From a virus (taxonomy: Duplodnaviria > Caudoviricetes): a stretch of 35,969 nucleotides of DNA. A program made the translations under genes and the position numbers. This document shows positions 1-8,364 of this stretch, piece after piece. Below the pieces are notes generated by a model. The model saw only the letters and a program-made list of their open reading frames with translations, ran no database searches and was not told where the DNA came from. Positions within the stretch are counted from its first letter, which is position 1; the number at the start of each line of letters is the position of its first letter. Location of the stretch: positions 1-35,969 of IMG/VR virus record IMGVR_UViG_3300042366_000335, one strand, 5' to 3'.

Positions 1-2
1 CA

Positions 3-161
3 CTCGGCAGCGTTTACACCGCCGCGCAGATGAAGGCGTATGCAGCCAAAGCGGTCGAGGCAGAGCGGGAGGCGATTTGCCCGATTGTTTACGGGCTGTG
101 CATCAGCGATAACAACGCGCAGGAAATCGTTAACGCAATCCGGGCAAGGGGGACGAAGTGA
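3..161 (+). CDS. 3' end of an early hypothetical protein (truncated by window start)
   Basis: Open frame LGSVYTAAQMKAYAAKAVEAEREAIC...AIRARGTK*, TGA at 159-161; the AERExC...IRARG ending is typical of small phage early proteins. Confidence 0.6.
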   Translation, partial: LGSVYTAAQMKAYAAKAVEAEREAICPIVYGLCISDNNAQEIVNAIRARGTK

Positions 162-164
162 CCC

Positions 165-368
165 ATGCCAAAGCTGACAACCGCTGACTGGTGGACTCGG
201 CGCATCTGCCGATGGATTGACATAGCGCGCAGGGAGGCGCGCAAGGGGCTTGGGCGGCGTTATAAGCCGCCCAGTGACCGCCAATTCGTCGCCATTCGAT
301 ACAATCAACTACAGGCAAAACAGCGTGATCTACTTACTCTTGACCATCGCCGCCGCCGTCCTCGTTGA
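165..368 (+). CDS. small basic hypothetical protein (67 aa)
   Basis: ATG 3 nt after the upstream stop, preceded by a purine-rich stretch; continues the + strand early cluster. Confidence 0.55.
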   Translation: MPKLTTADWWTRRICRWIDIARREARKGLGRRYKPPSDRQFVAIRYNQLQAKQRDLLTLDHRRRRPR

Positions 369-393
369 GTGGCTATTTCCCGACGATAGATAG
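325..393 (+). CDS. possible 22-aa single-TM micropeptide
   Basis: GTG-start frame VIYLLLTIAAAVLVEWLFPDDR*; too short for the ORF track; overlaps both neighbours. Confidence 0.3.
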   Translation: MIYLLLTIAAAVLVEWLFPDDR

Positions 394-2667
394 CGCCGGA
401 GCTTTATCTTCGGCCATGTGCCGCAATTCCGACTTGGTAAGGTTGGCGAATTGCGGGTGGCAGAAAACGTGCTTGCGCGTCGGCCACTCGCGGGAGTGCA
501 GCCGGCCGCAGTCCACCCACCCCGCCTCGCGGAGCGCGTGCATGAGCGCCGGGGATACGACCTTGACGCCTGTAGGCGCCAGGCCTTGCAGACGATCGCA
601 AAGGGCGAAGAAGGGCGAGCCGATGACGCCACGGGCAAAGTCGCCCTGACGCTGCCGAATCATCTCGACCAAGAACGACTCGGCCGTAGACATGGCCGAT
701 TCAATCATAATCAACTTGGCCTCGGTCATGGGCGGCGCGGCGCCAGGGTTGAACGCCGACACGTCACGGGCGTCGAGCCACGCAGCCACGGCCTCAAACC
801 CGCCGGACTTATACCATGCCCAGATACGGGCGGCGTCGGCCTCGGGCAGACGCTCGGCCTCCGACCAGACAACGAACCACCGCCGGTCATCGGAGGGCAG
901 ACTGATGGCGGCGCGCTCGTTAGAGAAGGACAGTACGAACACGCGGTTAAGTGCGTCATACGGGTGCAAGCCCTTGCGGTTCACGCTCAGAAGTTCAGGC
1001 GGCGCGGCGATGACAGGCTTCAGGCTGTTTTCAAGCGCCCGCCGGTCTTTAGCCTCGGCCTGCCGCAGCTCGTTGATGACGATGACCTCGGACTCTAAGG
1101 CATAGCCCCACTGCGAGTTAAGTTCCTCGTTCTTGACGATTGCCACGTTGACGTGGGTGTGGCCGCCGATAGACCACAGGAACGGCGCCCAGAGCGTATC
1201 CTTACCGCTGCCAGGGCGACCGGCGTGCAAGACGGCATGGTTGATTTTCTGGTTGGCGTGCTGGCGCTTGTAGGCCATGACGTTGAAGACGTGCTCGCGC
1301 TCAACCGGGTCGGGGATCATGCGCTCGGCGTGCTCTAACCACACGGCCACGTCGCCGTCGCTAGCCGCCGGTCGCGCGTCGCGCCAACGGTTGCCGTAGA
1401 CCAGGCCGTTACGCGAGACAAGAATAGACTCGCCGGCGGCGAACGTGACGCCGACGAGCGAGTGAGCGCCCATGGCCTGCCGGTTCTCATCGAAGCAGAC
1501 AGAGGCTTCGATGTTGCGGTTGGAGCGGATGCTGCGGCAGGGGATGTGGCGGAACAGGGCGTTGAACGTCTGCCGGCTGATTTCGCGGCGATCCACCATG
1601 TCAAAGTAGCTGTCGTCGTCTTGGATATAAGCAAAACGCTCATACCATTGCGCCCGTTCGATGCGCCCCAGTTCGCGGCGCTCGACCTCCTCAATGACCT
1701 TGGCGGCCTCGTTGGGGAACTCCTCGGTGGGGGTGATTCTGGCCAAAGCGGACTCCATCTTTTTTGCGAGCAGGTCATCCCGCAGGCCGTAGCCCGTCTT
1801 GGGGCCGCCTTCGGCTTCAACCCACCGCAGGAACGCCTCGCTGTTCCAGTCGCCACAATGGCCGTGGAAGCAGGTGTAGCTACGCGTAAGGGGATTGTAG
1901 CGCCCGCCGGGATCGCCCGTCGTGTGCTCGGCGTGGTTAGGGCAGACAACGCCATACCAACCTTCGCCGTTGGCCTTGTCAAGCAGCAGCCCGCGCTCGC
2001 GCACCCACTCCAGAACGGTGTCGAGGCCGTCGTCCTCAAGGTATACGCCGCGTATATACGCCGTGTCTACAGCGCCGGGGGTGACGTTAAACGCTTGACA
2101 AATCTGCGCAAGCGTGTACTCGCGCTCGGGGTAAAACTCGGCCAGGATGGCGGCAAAGTTGTTGCGGCCTTCCTTGAGGTTAACACTACCCTCAATGCGG
2201 AAGTTACGTACGGGGTTGATTGCACCGGGGTCGGTATAACCCGCATCGGCGATGGCCTTGATGGCGGCCGAGAACTCGCCCTTGGTCGGCTGATCGTCCA
2301 GGCCGAACGTGTAGCCCCACTGGTAGTTGCCGGGGCTCGTCTCTAGCTTCCACGTCGGTTCCAGCGGCGGTACCTTGGACTTGGTGCCGATGTCATCCAG
2401 CACCATGAACGCCACGCGCTCGCAGTTGGCCGCAGAGGCCGAGAGGCCATCCGCCATGCGGTCAACGATGAAGCAGCCCGTGTTGGCGTACCACGCCCCA
2501 TCAGGCCGGCGTTGGTAAGTGTCGAACAGGGCGGGCGGCCAGGTGTATTTCGGCGTCCCGTCGTTATGCGTCAGATGCTCGCCCTTTCGGACGATTGGCT
2601 TCTGACGGACGAACAAAATGGTTTCCCCTTCGGGGGCGATATTGTTAATATAGTCGGCGAATCTCAT
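373..2667 (-). CDS. primase-helicase (RepB-type/AEP primase + Zn-binding region + SF3/DUF5906-like helicase)
   Basis: FMVLDD and ETSPGNYQWGY primase motifs; CPNHAEH...CFHGHC Zn-binding motif; Walker A GRPGSGKDT and Walker B VIVINE; start placed at the second ATG (2667), 9 nt after GGAG (ORF track starts at 2676). Confidence 0.85.
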   Translation of the reverse strand: MRFADYINNIAPEGETILFVRQKPIVRKGEHLTHNDGTPKYTWPPALFDTYQRRPDGAWYANTGCFIVDRMADGLSASAANCERVAFMVLDDIGTKSKVPPLEPTWKLETSPGNYQWGYTFGLDDQPTKGEFSAAIKAIADAGYTDPGAINPVRNFRIEGSVNLKEGRNNFAAILAEFYPEREYTLAQICQAFNVTPGAVDTAYIRGVYLEDDGLDTVLEWVRERGLLLDKANGEGWYGVVCPNHAEHTTGDPGGRYNPLTRSYTCFHGHCGDWNSEAFLRWVEAEGGPKTGYGLRDDLLAKKMESALARITPTEEFPNEAAKVIEEVERRELGRIERAQWYERFAYIQDDDSYFDMVDRREISRQTFNALFRHIPCRSIRSNRNIEASVCFDENRQAMGAHSLVGVTFAAGESILVSRNGLVYGNRWRDARPAASDGDVAVWLEHAERMIPDPVEREHVFNVMAYKRQHANQKINHAVLHAGRPGSGKDTLWAPFLWSIGGHTHVNVAIVKNEELNSQWGYALESEVIVINELRQAEAKDRRALENSLKPVIAAPPELLSVNRKGLHPYDALNRVFVLSFSNERAAISLPSDDRRWFVVWSEAERLPEADAARIWAWYKSGGFEAVAAWLDARDVSAFNPGAAPPMTEAKLIMIESAMSTAESFLVEMIRQRQGDFARGVIGSPFFALCDRLQGLAPTGVKVVSPALMHALREAGWVDCGRLHSREWPTRKHVFCHPQFANLTKSELRHMAEDKAPALSIVGK

Positions 2668-2690
2668 CGTAGACATCTCCAGTCTTCGTT

Positions 2691-2719
2691 AGCCCGGCCT
2701 AACCCACCGGGCTTTTTTT
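2691..2719 (+). terminator. intrinsic terminator oriented for + strand transcription
   Basis: AGCCCGG-9 nt loop-CCGGGCT followed by a T run on the + strand; no T run on the - strand. Confidence 0.65.
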
Positions 2720-4679
2720 AGCCCTTACCGTACCGCGCCATGACCTTGACTTCGGCCTTGAGCGGAAACCCCGCAGCCCAGTCAGGCGCCGTACACATAA
2801 CCGTATTCAACACCTCGGCGACCGCCTCGGCGGCTTCGTCGGCGCACTCAATGACGATTTCGTCATGGATGTGCAGCACCGTACGCAGCCCCTGACGGTC
2901 GAGCTCACGCAGGCTATGCCTTAGCAGATCGTTGGCGGTCGCCTGTGTGATGTTCTCGCAAGCCAAACCCTTCCACAGCCGCGCGCGCGGCCATTCGGTC
3001 GCATCCTGCGCAGGCTTCCAGGCGGCTTTGAGGTAACTCACCCCGTCCGACTCCAGACGGGCGAACGGATAACATAGCACGCGGCCTGACGGCAGGGCAT
3101 ACCAAAGATGCTGCCCGTCGTACATGTACGCCACGCGGCCCGCTCGTATTTCATGGTTGACATTTCGCATGGCGCGGGTGTAGGCGTCCTCCAGCTTCTG
3201 CCAGTAACGCACCGCCCAAGGGTTTGCCCGGCGCCATCGGTCAACAATACGCTGCGCCTCGGCCTCGGGCATACTCAGGCCGTAGGCTCGGCCCATGGCG
3301 CTGAACGCTCCGACGCCGCCCGCGAAGCCAAGCGAGAGGATGGCGACCTTGCCGATCTGGCGCTGCTCGTCGTTGACCGCCTCCGGCGCTAGGCCATAGA
3401 TGCCGCCGGCCTCGCGCTTGTAGATGTCGCCACCTTGGCGGAAGGCGTCCAACACGTCCTCGGCGAGTCGGTCGGCGGACAGCCACGCGGTCGCACGGGC
3501 CTCTATCGCTGCCCAATCGGCCACGACGAAAATGTTACCTCGGGCGGGGACAAGGGCTGGGCGCAACATTCCTTTAAGAACGTCTGTAACGCGGCGACCG
3601 AACTCGGGCACGATACTGTGACCGCGCACCAGGGCATGTCTAACCGCGTCGGGCTGTTTGACGCACTTACGCGTAAAGTTATGGACTTGCGCGCCGTAGC
3701 TTGAAGCACGCCCGGTGGCACTTCCACCAGCAAATATAAAGGCTCCACGGACACGAGCGTCCTCCACGTCGGCTAGCTGCTTCAGCCGGTTGAACTTGGC
3801 TACCGACGAGGCCCAAAGGTCATCGGCGCATTGGATTACATCCGCCACGTCGGGCGGCACCTCATCGGCGTTATCCATGGCGAGCAGGTTGGCTCGCACG
3901 GTCTTGTCAATACTAAACTTCTTTTCGCCGTCCTTGTGGACGGTCATCAGGCGCTTGGCCTCGGGCCCGACGCGCTCCAGCACCCACTCGCGCATCTTAG
4001 GCGAGCGGACGGTCGTTATCGCGCCCTGCGTGACCTCAGCCACGATCCGCTCAATATCCTGCAGCTCGACTTCAGCGTAGCGCACGGCGGCCTCGCAGAG
4101 CGGCACGTCCACCATGACGCCGGCGTCGTTGATGCGCTCGTTGACGTGGTAATCGGCCAGCTCGGTGTCCGACAGGTCGCGCATGGCCTTGCTGATCTCG
4201 CGCATAGCGCGCACGTCCTGCTCGCAGTAGGCGACCATCTCGGCCATCAGCTCAGGGTCGGTGTTGAACGTCCCGTCAGCGCGGGGGATGGACAACTGCC
4301 GGATAAGCTGCGCGCCTCGGTAGTCCTTCTTCATCTTGGACGACAGGGCGCGGCCGATGTCCTCAAGGCTACCAGGCAGGCAGTTGGCCCGCGCCTGAGC
4401 GGCCGTGCAGTAGAACTGCGACAAGGCGAACGGCATGTCAAGGACATACCAGAAGATAAGCCGCTCAAAGGCAGCGTTGTGCGCGCGTATCTGGCCCTTG
4501 AAGTTAGCCACGCGCTCGGGAAACGGGTGCTTCGGCAACCACGTCTCGACCTCGCCATCGTCGAAAGCGTAGGACATGCACAGCACCTCAGTGCTCGCGT
4601 CCAAGGCGTAGTTGTACGCACCCGCCGCCGGTAGGTCGCACCGGCTACGGGTTTCAAAGTCTAGCCAAAGTATTGCCAT
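2718..4679 (-). CDS. polA: family A DNA polymerase with 3'-5' exonuclease (APSE-like phage PolA)
   Basis: ExoI DFET, ExoII HNAAFE, motif A VADWAAIEAR, motif B RQIGKVAILSLGFAG, motif C IHDEIV; likely start MAILWLDFET at 4679 (ORF track 4715). Confidence 0.92.
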   Translation of the reverse strand: MAILWLDFETRSRCDLPAAGAYNYALDASTEVLCMSYAFDDGEVETWLPKHPFPERVANFKGQIRAHNAAFERLIFWYVLDMPFALSQFYCTAAQARANCLPGSLEDIGRALSSKMKKDYRGAQLIRQLSIPRADGTFNTDPELMAEMVAYCEQDVRAMREISKAMRDLSDTELADYHVNERINDAGVMVDVPLCEAAVRYAEVELQDIERIVAEVTQGAITTVRSPKMREWVLERVGPEAKRLMTVHKDGEKKFSIDKTVRANLLAMDNADEVPPDVADVIQCADDLWASSVAKFNRLKQLADVEDARVRGAFIFAGGSATGRASSYGAQVHNFTRKCVKQPDAVRHALVRGHSIVPEFGRRVTDVLKGMLRPALVPARGNIFVVADWAAIEARATAWLSADRLAEDVLDAFRQGGDIYKREAGGIYGLAPEAVNDEQRQIGKVAILSLGFAGGVGAFSAMGRAYGLSMPEAEAQRIVDRWRRANPWAVRYWQKLEDAYTRAMRNVNHEIRAGRVAYMYDGQHLWYALPSGRVLCYPFARLESDGVSYLKAAWKPAQDATEWPRARLWKGLACENITQATANDLLRHSLRELDRQGLRTVLHIHDEIVIECADEAAEAVAEVLNTVMCTAPDWAAGFPLKAEVKVMARYGKG

Positions 4680-4687
4680 CGAAGAAT

Positions 4688-4709
4688 CGGGGGCCGTTAC
4701 CGGCCCCCG
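4688..4709 (-). promoter_or_regulatory. 9-bp GC hairpin with GTAA tetraloop between the SD and the polymerase start
   Basis: Minus strand reads TAATGGAG-CGGGGGCCG-GTAA-CGGCCCCCG-ATTCTTCG-ATG. Confidence 0.6.
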
Positions 4710-4714
4710 CTCCA

Positions 4715-5359
4715 TTACGCAACGCGACGCCGACGAGCCGCAGCAGCCGGCGGAGGCGTGTCATCGCCCTCCGGTGCCGAGGGAGCCTCGCCGTCCATGG
4801 ACACCCACTCGACGATTTCAAAGACCGGCGTGTAGATGCGACCGTAGGACTTGTGCTGGTAGTGTTCCTTCTTCAGAACCACCACCGGCACGGGCTTGCT
4901 CTGGTCACGCTCGACCTGGGCTGCGATGGCCGCCGCCAAGGTTTGCACGGCACGCTTGCCGCCCACGGATGTAGTGCTGTAGCGAGCCTCAAGGCCCGCG
5001 TCCTCGCCCGTGATGCACTTCAAGCTCATGCCAACCTGAGTCTCCCACCCCTTCTTGCTCTGCGGGGGCGCGGGCTCAAGTTCCGGCAGCGGCTGCGACA
5101 CCGACACCATCTTCTCGCCGAGCACCTCTCCGTCGCCCCACGCGATGAAGCCGTGAACGAACGAGAAGGGATTAACTGCCCACCGGCTGTTTTCCTCGGC
5201 CTCGGTTTGATCCGCGCCGAAGACCCAGTGGCCCGTCTTATCCATCTTGAGGATAGCCGACCCGACCGGGCCGACCTCCACTTCGATGTTACGCAGAGCC
5301 GTGGACAGGGAAGTGACAGCGGGCAGACCCGCCTTGCTGAACGCAGTGATATTCGACAT
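4715..5359 (-). CDS. putative ssDNA-binding/annealing protein
   Basis: 214 aa between the DUF2800 nuclease and PolA, the usual SSB slot; beta-rich core with a disordered acidic/Pro then Arg-rich tail; GGAG SD upstream. Confidence 0.55.
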   Translation of the reverse strand: MSNITAFSKAGLPAVTSLSTALRNIEVEVGPVGSAILKMDKTGHWVFGADQTEAEENSRWAVNPFSFVHGFIAWGDGEVLGEKMVSVSQPLPELEPAPPQSKKGWETQVGMSLKCITGEDAGLEARYSTTSVGGKRAVQTLAAAIAAQVERDQSKPVPVVVLKKEHYQHKSYGRIYTPVFEIVEWVSMDGEAPSAPEGDDTPPPAAAARRRRVA

Positions 5360-5370
5360 TACTCTACTCC

Positions 5371-6495
5371 TTACACTATTTTAGAAAGGGCCGCAGTCAA
5401 CTGCTGCCCGATTTGCAGCACGGCGGGCCGGGGATCGCTCTCCGGCGCCATCGTGTTGCCCGTCGAGACTGAGACAACGAGGTCATCCGGCAGGGGGAGC
5501 TTCAGCTTCTTCAGCTTCTTCTCCGCCTGAGCCGGGCTAACCACAGTCGTCTCAATCACGTCCTCTGAAGGCAGGTGCGCAAGCAACGCCTGCTTGGCGC
5601 GCTCGTCATCTGCCCACTTGCGCGTTGCGCGCTTCTGCACGAGCTTGAAGCCTGGCACCGGGTTGCCGGACTCCAGCACCTGCATCGCCAGCGCGCGCAG
5701 GTCGCTAATCCAATCCTCAAGCATCTGCGCCCGCTCAAGCATCTGCCCAAGCTGCGCCGCGTCGAGCTCCTTAATCTGCGTCTGCGCTGCACGGTCAACC
5801 GCGCCGGTCATCAGGGGGCAGATGGGCTTGGCGGCGCACCAACGGCAGTGCTCGCCAATCTTGAGCGCCGCGTCGGGGCGTTCCGCCTGCTTGACCGCAT
5901 GCACCAACTCGCGCTCAAACAGCCGCACGCGGTCAAACGATGTAACCCACCGCTTTACCTGCGGCGGCTGGACGATGATGCACTCAATCTCTTTAACGCC
6001 CTTGAATACCCAGTCCAGCGCCGGCGTGCGAATCGCCGCAGCCGTATAAAATAGAAGCTGAGGGTTTTCTTCCACTTCGACGGCCACGCCGTCACCGAAT
6101 TTCCAATCCAATACAATAGCGCGATTGCCAATCCGACCGATAAGATCACAAGAACCAAACACACCCGGCAAAAGATCACCGAAGCTGACGGTTTGTTCGA
6201 CTGCGAACTCAAGTTGCGCGTTTGGGTCGATTTCATTTATGGCATCCATGGCGGGACGAATCTTCTCGTCGAGCAGATCGTCGGTAAGTTTAATGCCGTT
6301 GTACTCCATGCCGAGCACGTACCGCAGCTCCTTGTCTTGGCCCAACAACTCGGCCATGACGTTGTGCAGCAGCGTGCCTTCATCGGCGTACTTGCTTGAC
6401 GGCTTCGGGGGGACTTTTTGGCAGAGCGCGACGCTGCCAGGGCAGTTAATCACGCGCTTGGCGGTGGACCCGCCGACTATGTTGCTATGGCTCAT
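5371..6495 (-). CDS. DUF2800 family Cas4-like PD-(D/E)XK exonuclease
   Basis: GGSTAKRVINCPGS, ADEGTLLH, FGSCDLI, VLDWKFG, NPQLLFY and the HCRWC..KPICP cysteine cluster. Confidence 0.85.
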   Translation of the reverse strand: MSHSNIVGGSTAKRVINCPGSVALCQKVPPKPSSKYADEGTLLHNVMAELLGQDKELRYVLGMEYNGIKLTDDLLDEKIRPAMDAINEIDPNAQLEFAVEQTVSFGDLLPGVFGSCDLIGRIGNRAIVLDWKFGDGVAVEVEENPQLLFYTAAAIRTPALDWVFKGVKEIECIIVQPPQVKRWVTSFDRVRLFERELVHAVKQAERPDAALKIGEHCRWCAAKPICPLMTGAVDRAAQTQIKELDAAQLGQMLERAQMLEDWISDLRALAMQVLESGNPVPGFKLVQKRATRKWADDERAKQALLAHLPSEDVIETTVVSPAQAEKKLKKLKLPLPDDLVVSVSTGNTMAPESDPRPAVLQIGQQLTAALSKIV

Positions 6496-6524
6496 TGAGG
6501 ACTCTCCTTTAGTGTGTTTGCGCT

Positions 6525-6553
6525 AGCCTAAAGCCGCCGAATCGGCTTGTCAA
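6525..6553 (-). promoter_or_regulatory. sigma70 promoter for the replication operon
   Basis: TTGACA (6553-6548), 17 nt spacer, TAGGCT (6530-6525). Confidence 0.7.
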
Positions 6554-6575
6554 GCATTGTTTTATCCCGTAAGAT
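6547..6575 (+). promoter_or_regulatory. sigma70 promoter for the VRR-NUC/helicase operon, probably giving a leaderless mRNA
   Basis: TTGTCA (6547-6552), 17 nt spacer, TAAGAT (6570-6575), ATG 7 nt later; no SD. Confidence 0.6.
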
Positions 6576-6582
6576 TTCGCTC

Positions 6583-6870
6583 ATGCGAGAAAAGACCATT
6601 GAGGAATACTTGACTTGGGCGGTCGAACGTGTTGGCGGCGTGACGTTCAAGTTCCGCTCGCCCTCCCAGCGAGGCGTGGCCGACCGGATCGTGTGCCTGC
6701 CTAACGGCACGACTTGGTTCGTGGAGCTAAAAACGGAGAACGGCCGGCTCTCGCCGCTGCAAAAGGTGTTTGCGTCCGTGATGGCGCAGACAAATCAGAA
6801 GTACAAGGTGCTGTACCGCACAGAGGAAGTCGATGCTTTCGTTGCGTCCGTATCAAGAGAGCGCGGCTGA
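6583..6870 (+). CDS. VRR-NUC domain nuclease
   Basis: MREKTIE...GVADRIVCLP...WFVELK...GRLSPLQ signature; start placed at ATG 6583. Confidence 0.88.
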   Translation: MREKTIEEYLTWAVERVGGVTFKFRSPSQRGVADRIVCLPNGTTWFVELKTENGRLSPLQKVFASVMAQTNQKYKVLYRTEEVDAFVASVSRERG

Positions 6871-8170
6871 TTTCCTATACGAGCACGACCGTGCCATGGT
6901 GCTGGCGCCCGTAGGCGCCGGCAAGACGGCGCTTACCCTGACGGCCATGCGCGATGCCTTGGGCGCTGGCGTAGTCAAGCGTTGGCTTGTCGTGGCACCC
7001 CTGCGCGTGGCGCAGCACGTCTGGCCGGTTGAGGCGGCTAAGTGGGCACCGGGGCTCACGCTCGCGGTGGCTCTCGGCGCGCCCGCTTGGCGAACGAAGG
7101 CGCTAGAATCCGACGCCCGCGTGGTGGTCACTAACTATGACAACCTGCAGTGGTTAGCCAAGCAGAAGCTTGACTTTGACGGCGTGGTGTTCGACGAGCT
7201 GACTAGGCTGAAGAACCCCTCGGGAGCGCGGTTTAAAGCCATCCTGAAGGCGCTGGAGCCGATTAAAGTACGGTGGGGGCTAACTGGTAGCTTCACCTCA
7301 AACGGCCTAGAGGACGTGTTTGGGCAATGCAAAATCATCGACCAAAGCCTGTTAGGCCGCAGCAAAGGCGCCTTCCTGCAACAGTATTTTATCTGCCTCA
7401 ACCGGGAGTTTGGCGAATGGACGCCCGCGCCTGGCGCGTTAGGGCAGGTTATGGCGCGGATCAAGCCCGCGACTTTTGTGCTAGAGCCTGGCGAGTACAG
7501 CGACAAGCTGCCGCCGCTCCACACGGTACAGATGCGCTGCGAGCTACTTGACCGCGAGCCTTACGAAAAGATGCGGCGGGACTTTATGGTGGAGTTCCCC
7601 AACGTCACGGCTATCGCCGCCAACGCCGCCGCCGTCACGTCCAAGCTGCAGCAGATGGCCTCGGGGTTCGTCTACGAGACAACGCGTACGGCCTCGGATC
7701 GACCGGGCAAATTCGACGTGCAGCAAAAGACGGTGTGGTTTTCTGACCACAAGCTAGAGATGCTAGATGACCTGCTGGAAGAAAACCAACACGCTAATAC
7801 GATAATTGTTTACAATTATCAGGCCGAGCTTGCTGAGTTGCGGCGGCGATACCCGACGGCGGCGACAATCGACCAGCCGGGGGTAATTGACGCATGGAAC
7901 CGGGGCGATATTGAGCTGTTGCTGATACACCCCAAGTCCGCCGGGCACGGGTTGAACCTGCAGCACGGCGGGTGCCGGATGGTGTTTATGTCGCTGCCTT
8001 GGTCGTTGGAAGAATACGAGCAGGTCGTCGGCCGGCTGCATCGCAGCGGCCAGCGGCACGACGTATGGGTGTACGTGCTGCAGACTGAGAAGACGATTGA
8101 CGAGAAGATTTGGTCGGCATTGCGCGACAAACGCGCCATGTCGGATGTTGCAATGTGGGAGTTAAAATGA
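6833..8170 (+). CDS. SNF2-family (SF2) helicase
   Basis: LRPYQ, APVGAGKT, VFDELT, LTGS, SAGHGLNLQ and QVVGRLHRSGQ motifs. Confidence 0.9.
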   Translation: MLSLRPYQESAADFLYEHDRAMVLAPVGAGKTALTLTAMRDALGAGVVKRWLVVAPLRVAQHVWPVEAAKWAPGLTLAVALGAPAWRTKALESDARVVVTNYDNLQWLAKQKLDFDGVVFDELTRLKNPSGARFKAILKALEPIKVRWGLTGSFTSNGLEDVFGQCKIIDQSLLGRSKGAFLQQYFICLNREFGEWTPAPGALGQVMARIKPATFVLEPGEYSDKLPPLHTVQMRCELLDREPYEKMRRDFMVEFPNVTAIAANAAAVTSKLQQMASGFVYETTRTASDRPGKFDVQQKTVWFSDHKLEMLDDLLEENQHANTIIVYNYQAELAELRRRYPTAATIDQPGVIDAWNRGDIELLLIHPKSAGHGLNLQHGGCRMVFMSLPWSLEEYEQVVGRLHRSGQRHDVWVYVLQTEKTIDEKIWSALRDKRAMSDVAMWELK

Positions 8171-8364
8171 ACTGGCGAGAGTTGAACGCAAAATTGAACG
8201 CAATGAGCGAAGCCGAAGTAAAGCAGTTGCTTGACGAGGAACTGACCGGCGCCAAGCGGATCACGTTCGTGGAGCGGCTGCACCAGCGGCACTGCGCCCT
8301 GCGCGCCGTCCGTGAGCGCGCAGAGCTGATGGCCTCACTTACTGCGGGATCGCAGGTAGCGTAA
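8167..8364 (+). CDS. small helical hypothetical protein (65 aa)
   Basis: ATGA overlap with the helicase stop; MNWRELNAKL...RLHQRHCALR. Confidence 0.7.
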   Translation: MNWRELNAKLNAMSEAEVKQLLDEELTGAKRITFVERLHQRHCALRAVRERAELMASLTAGSQVA

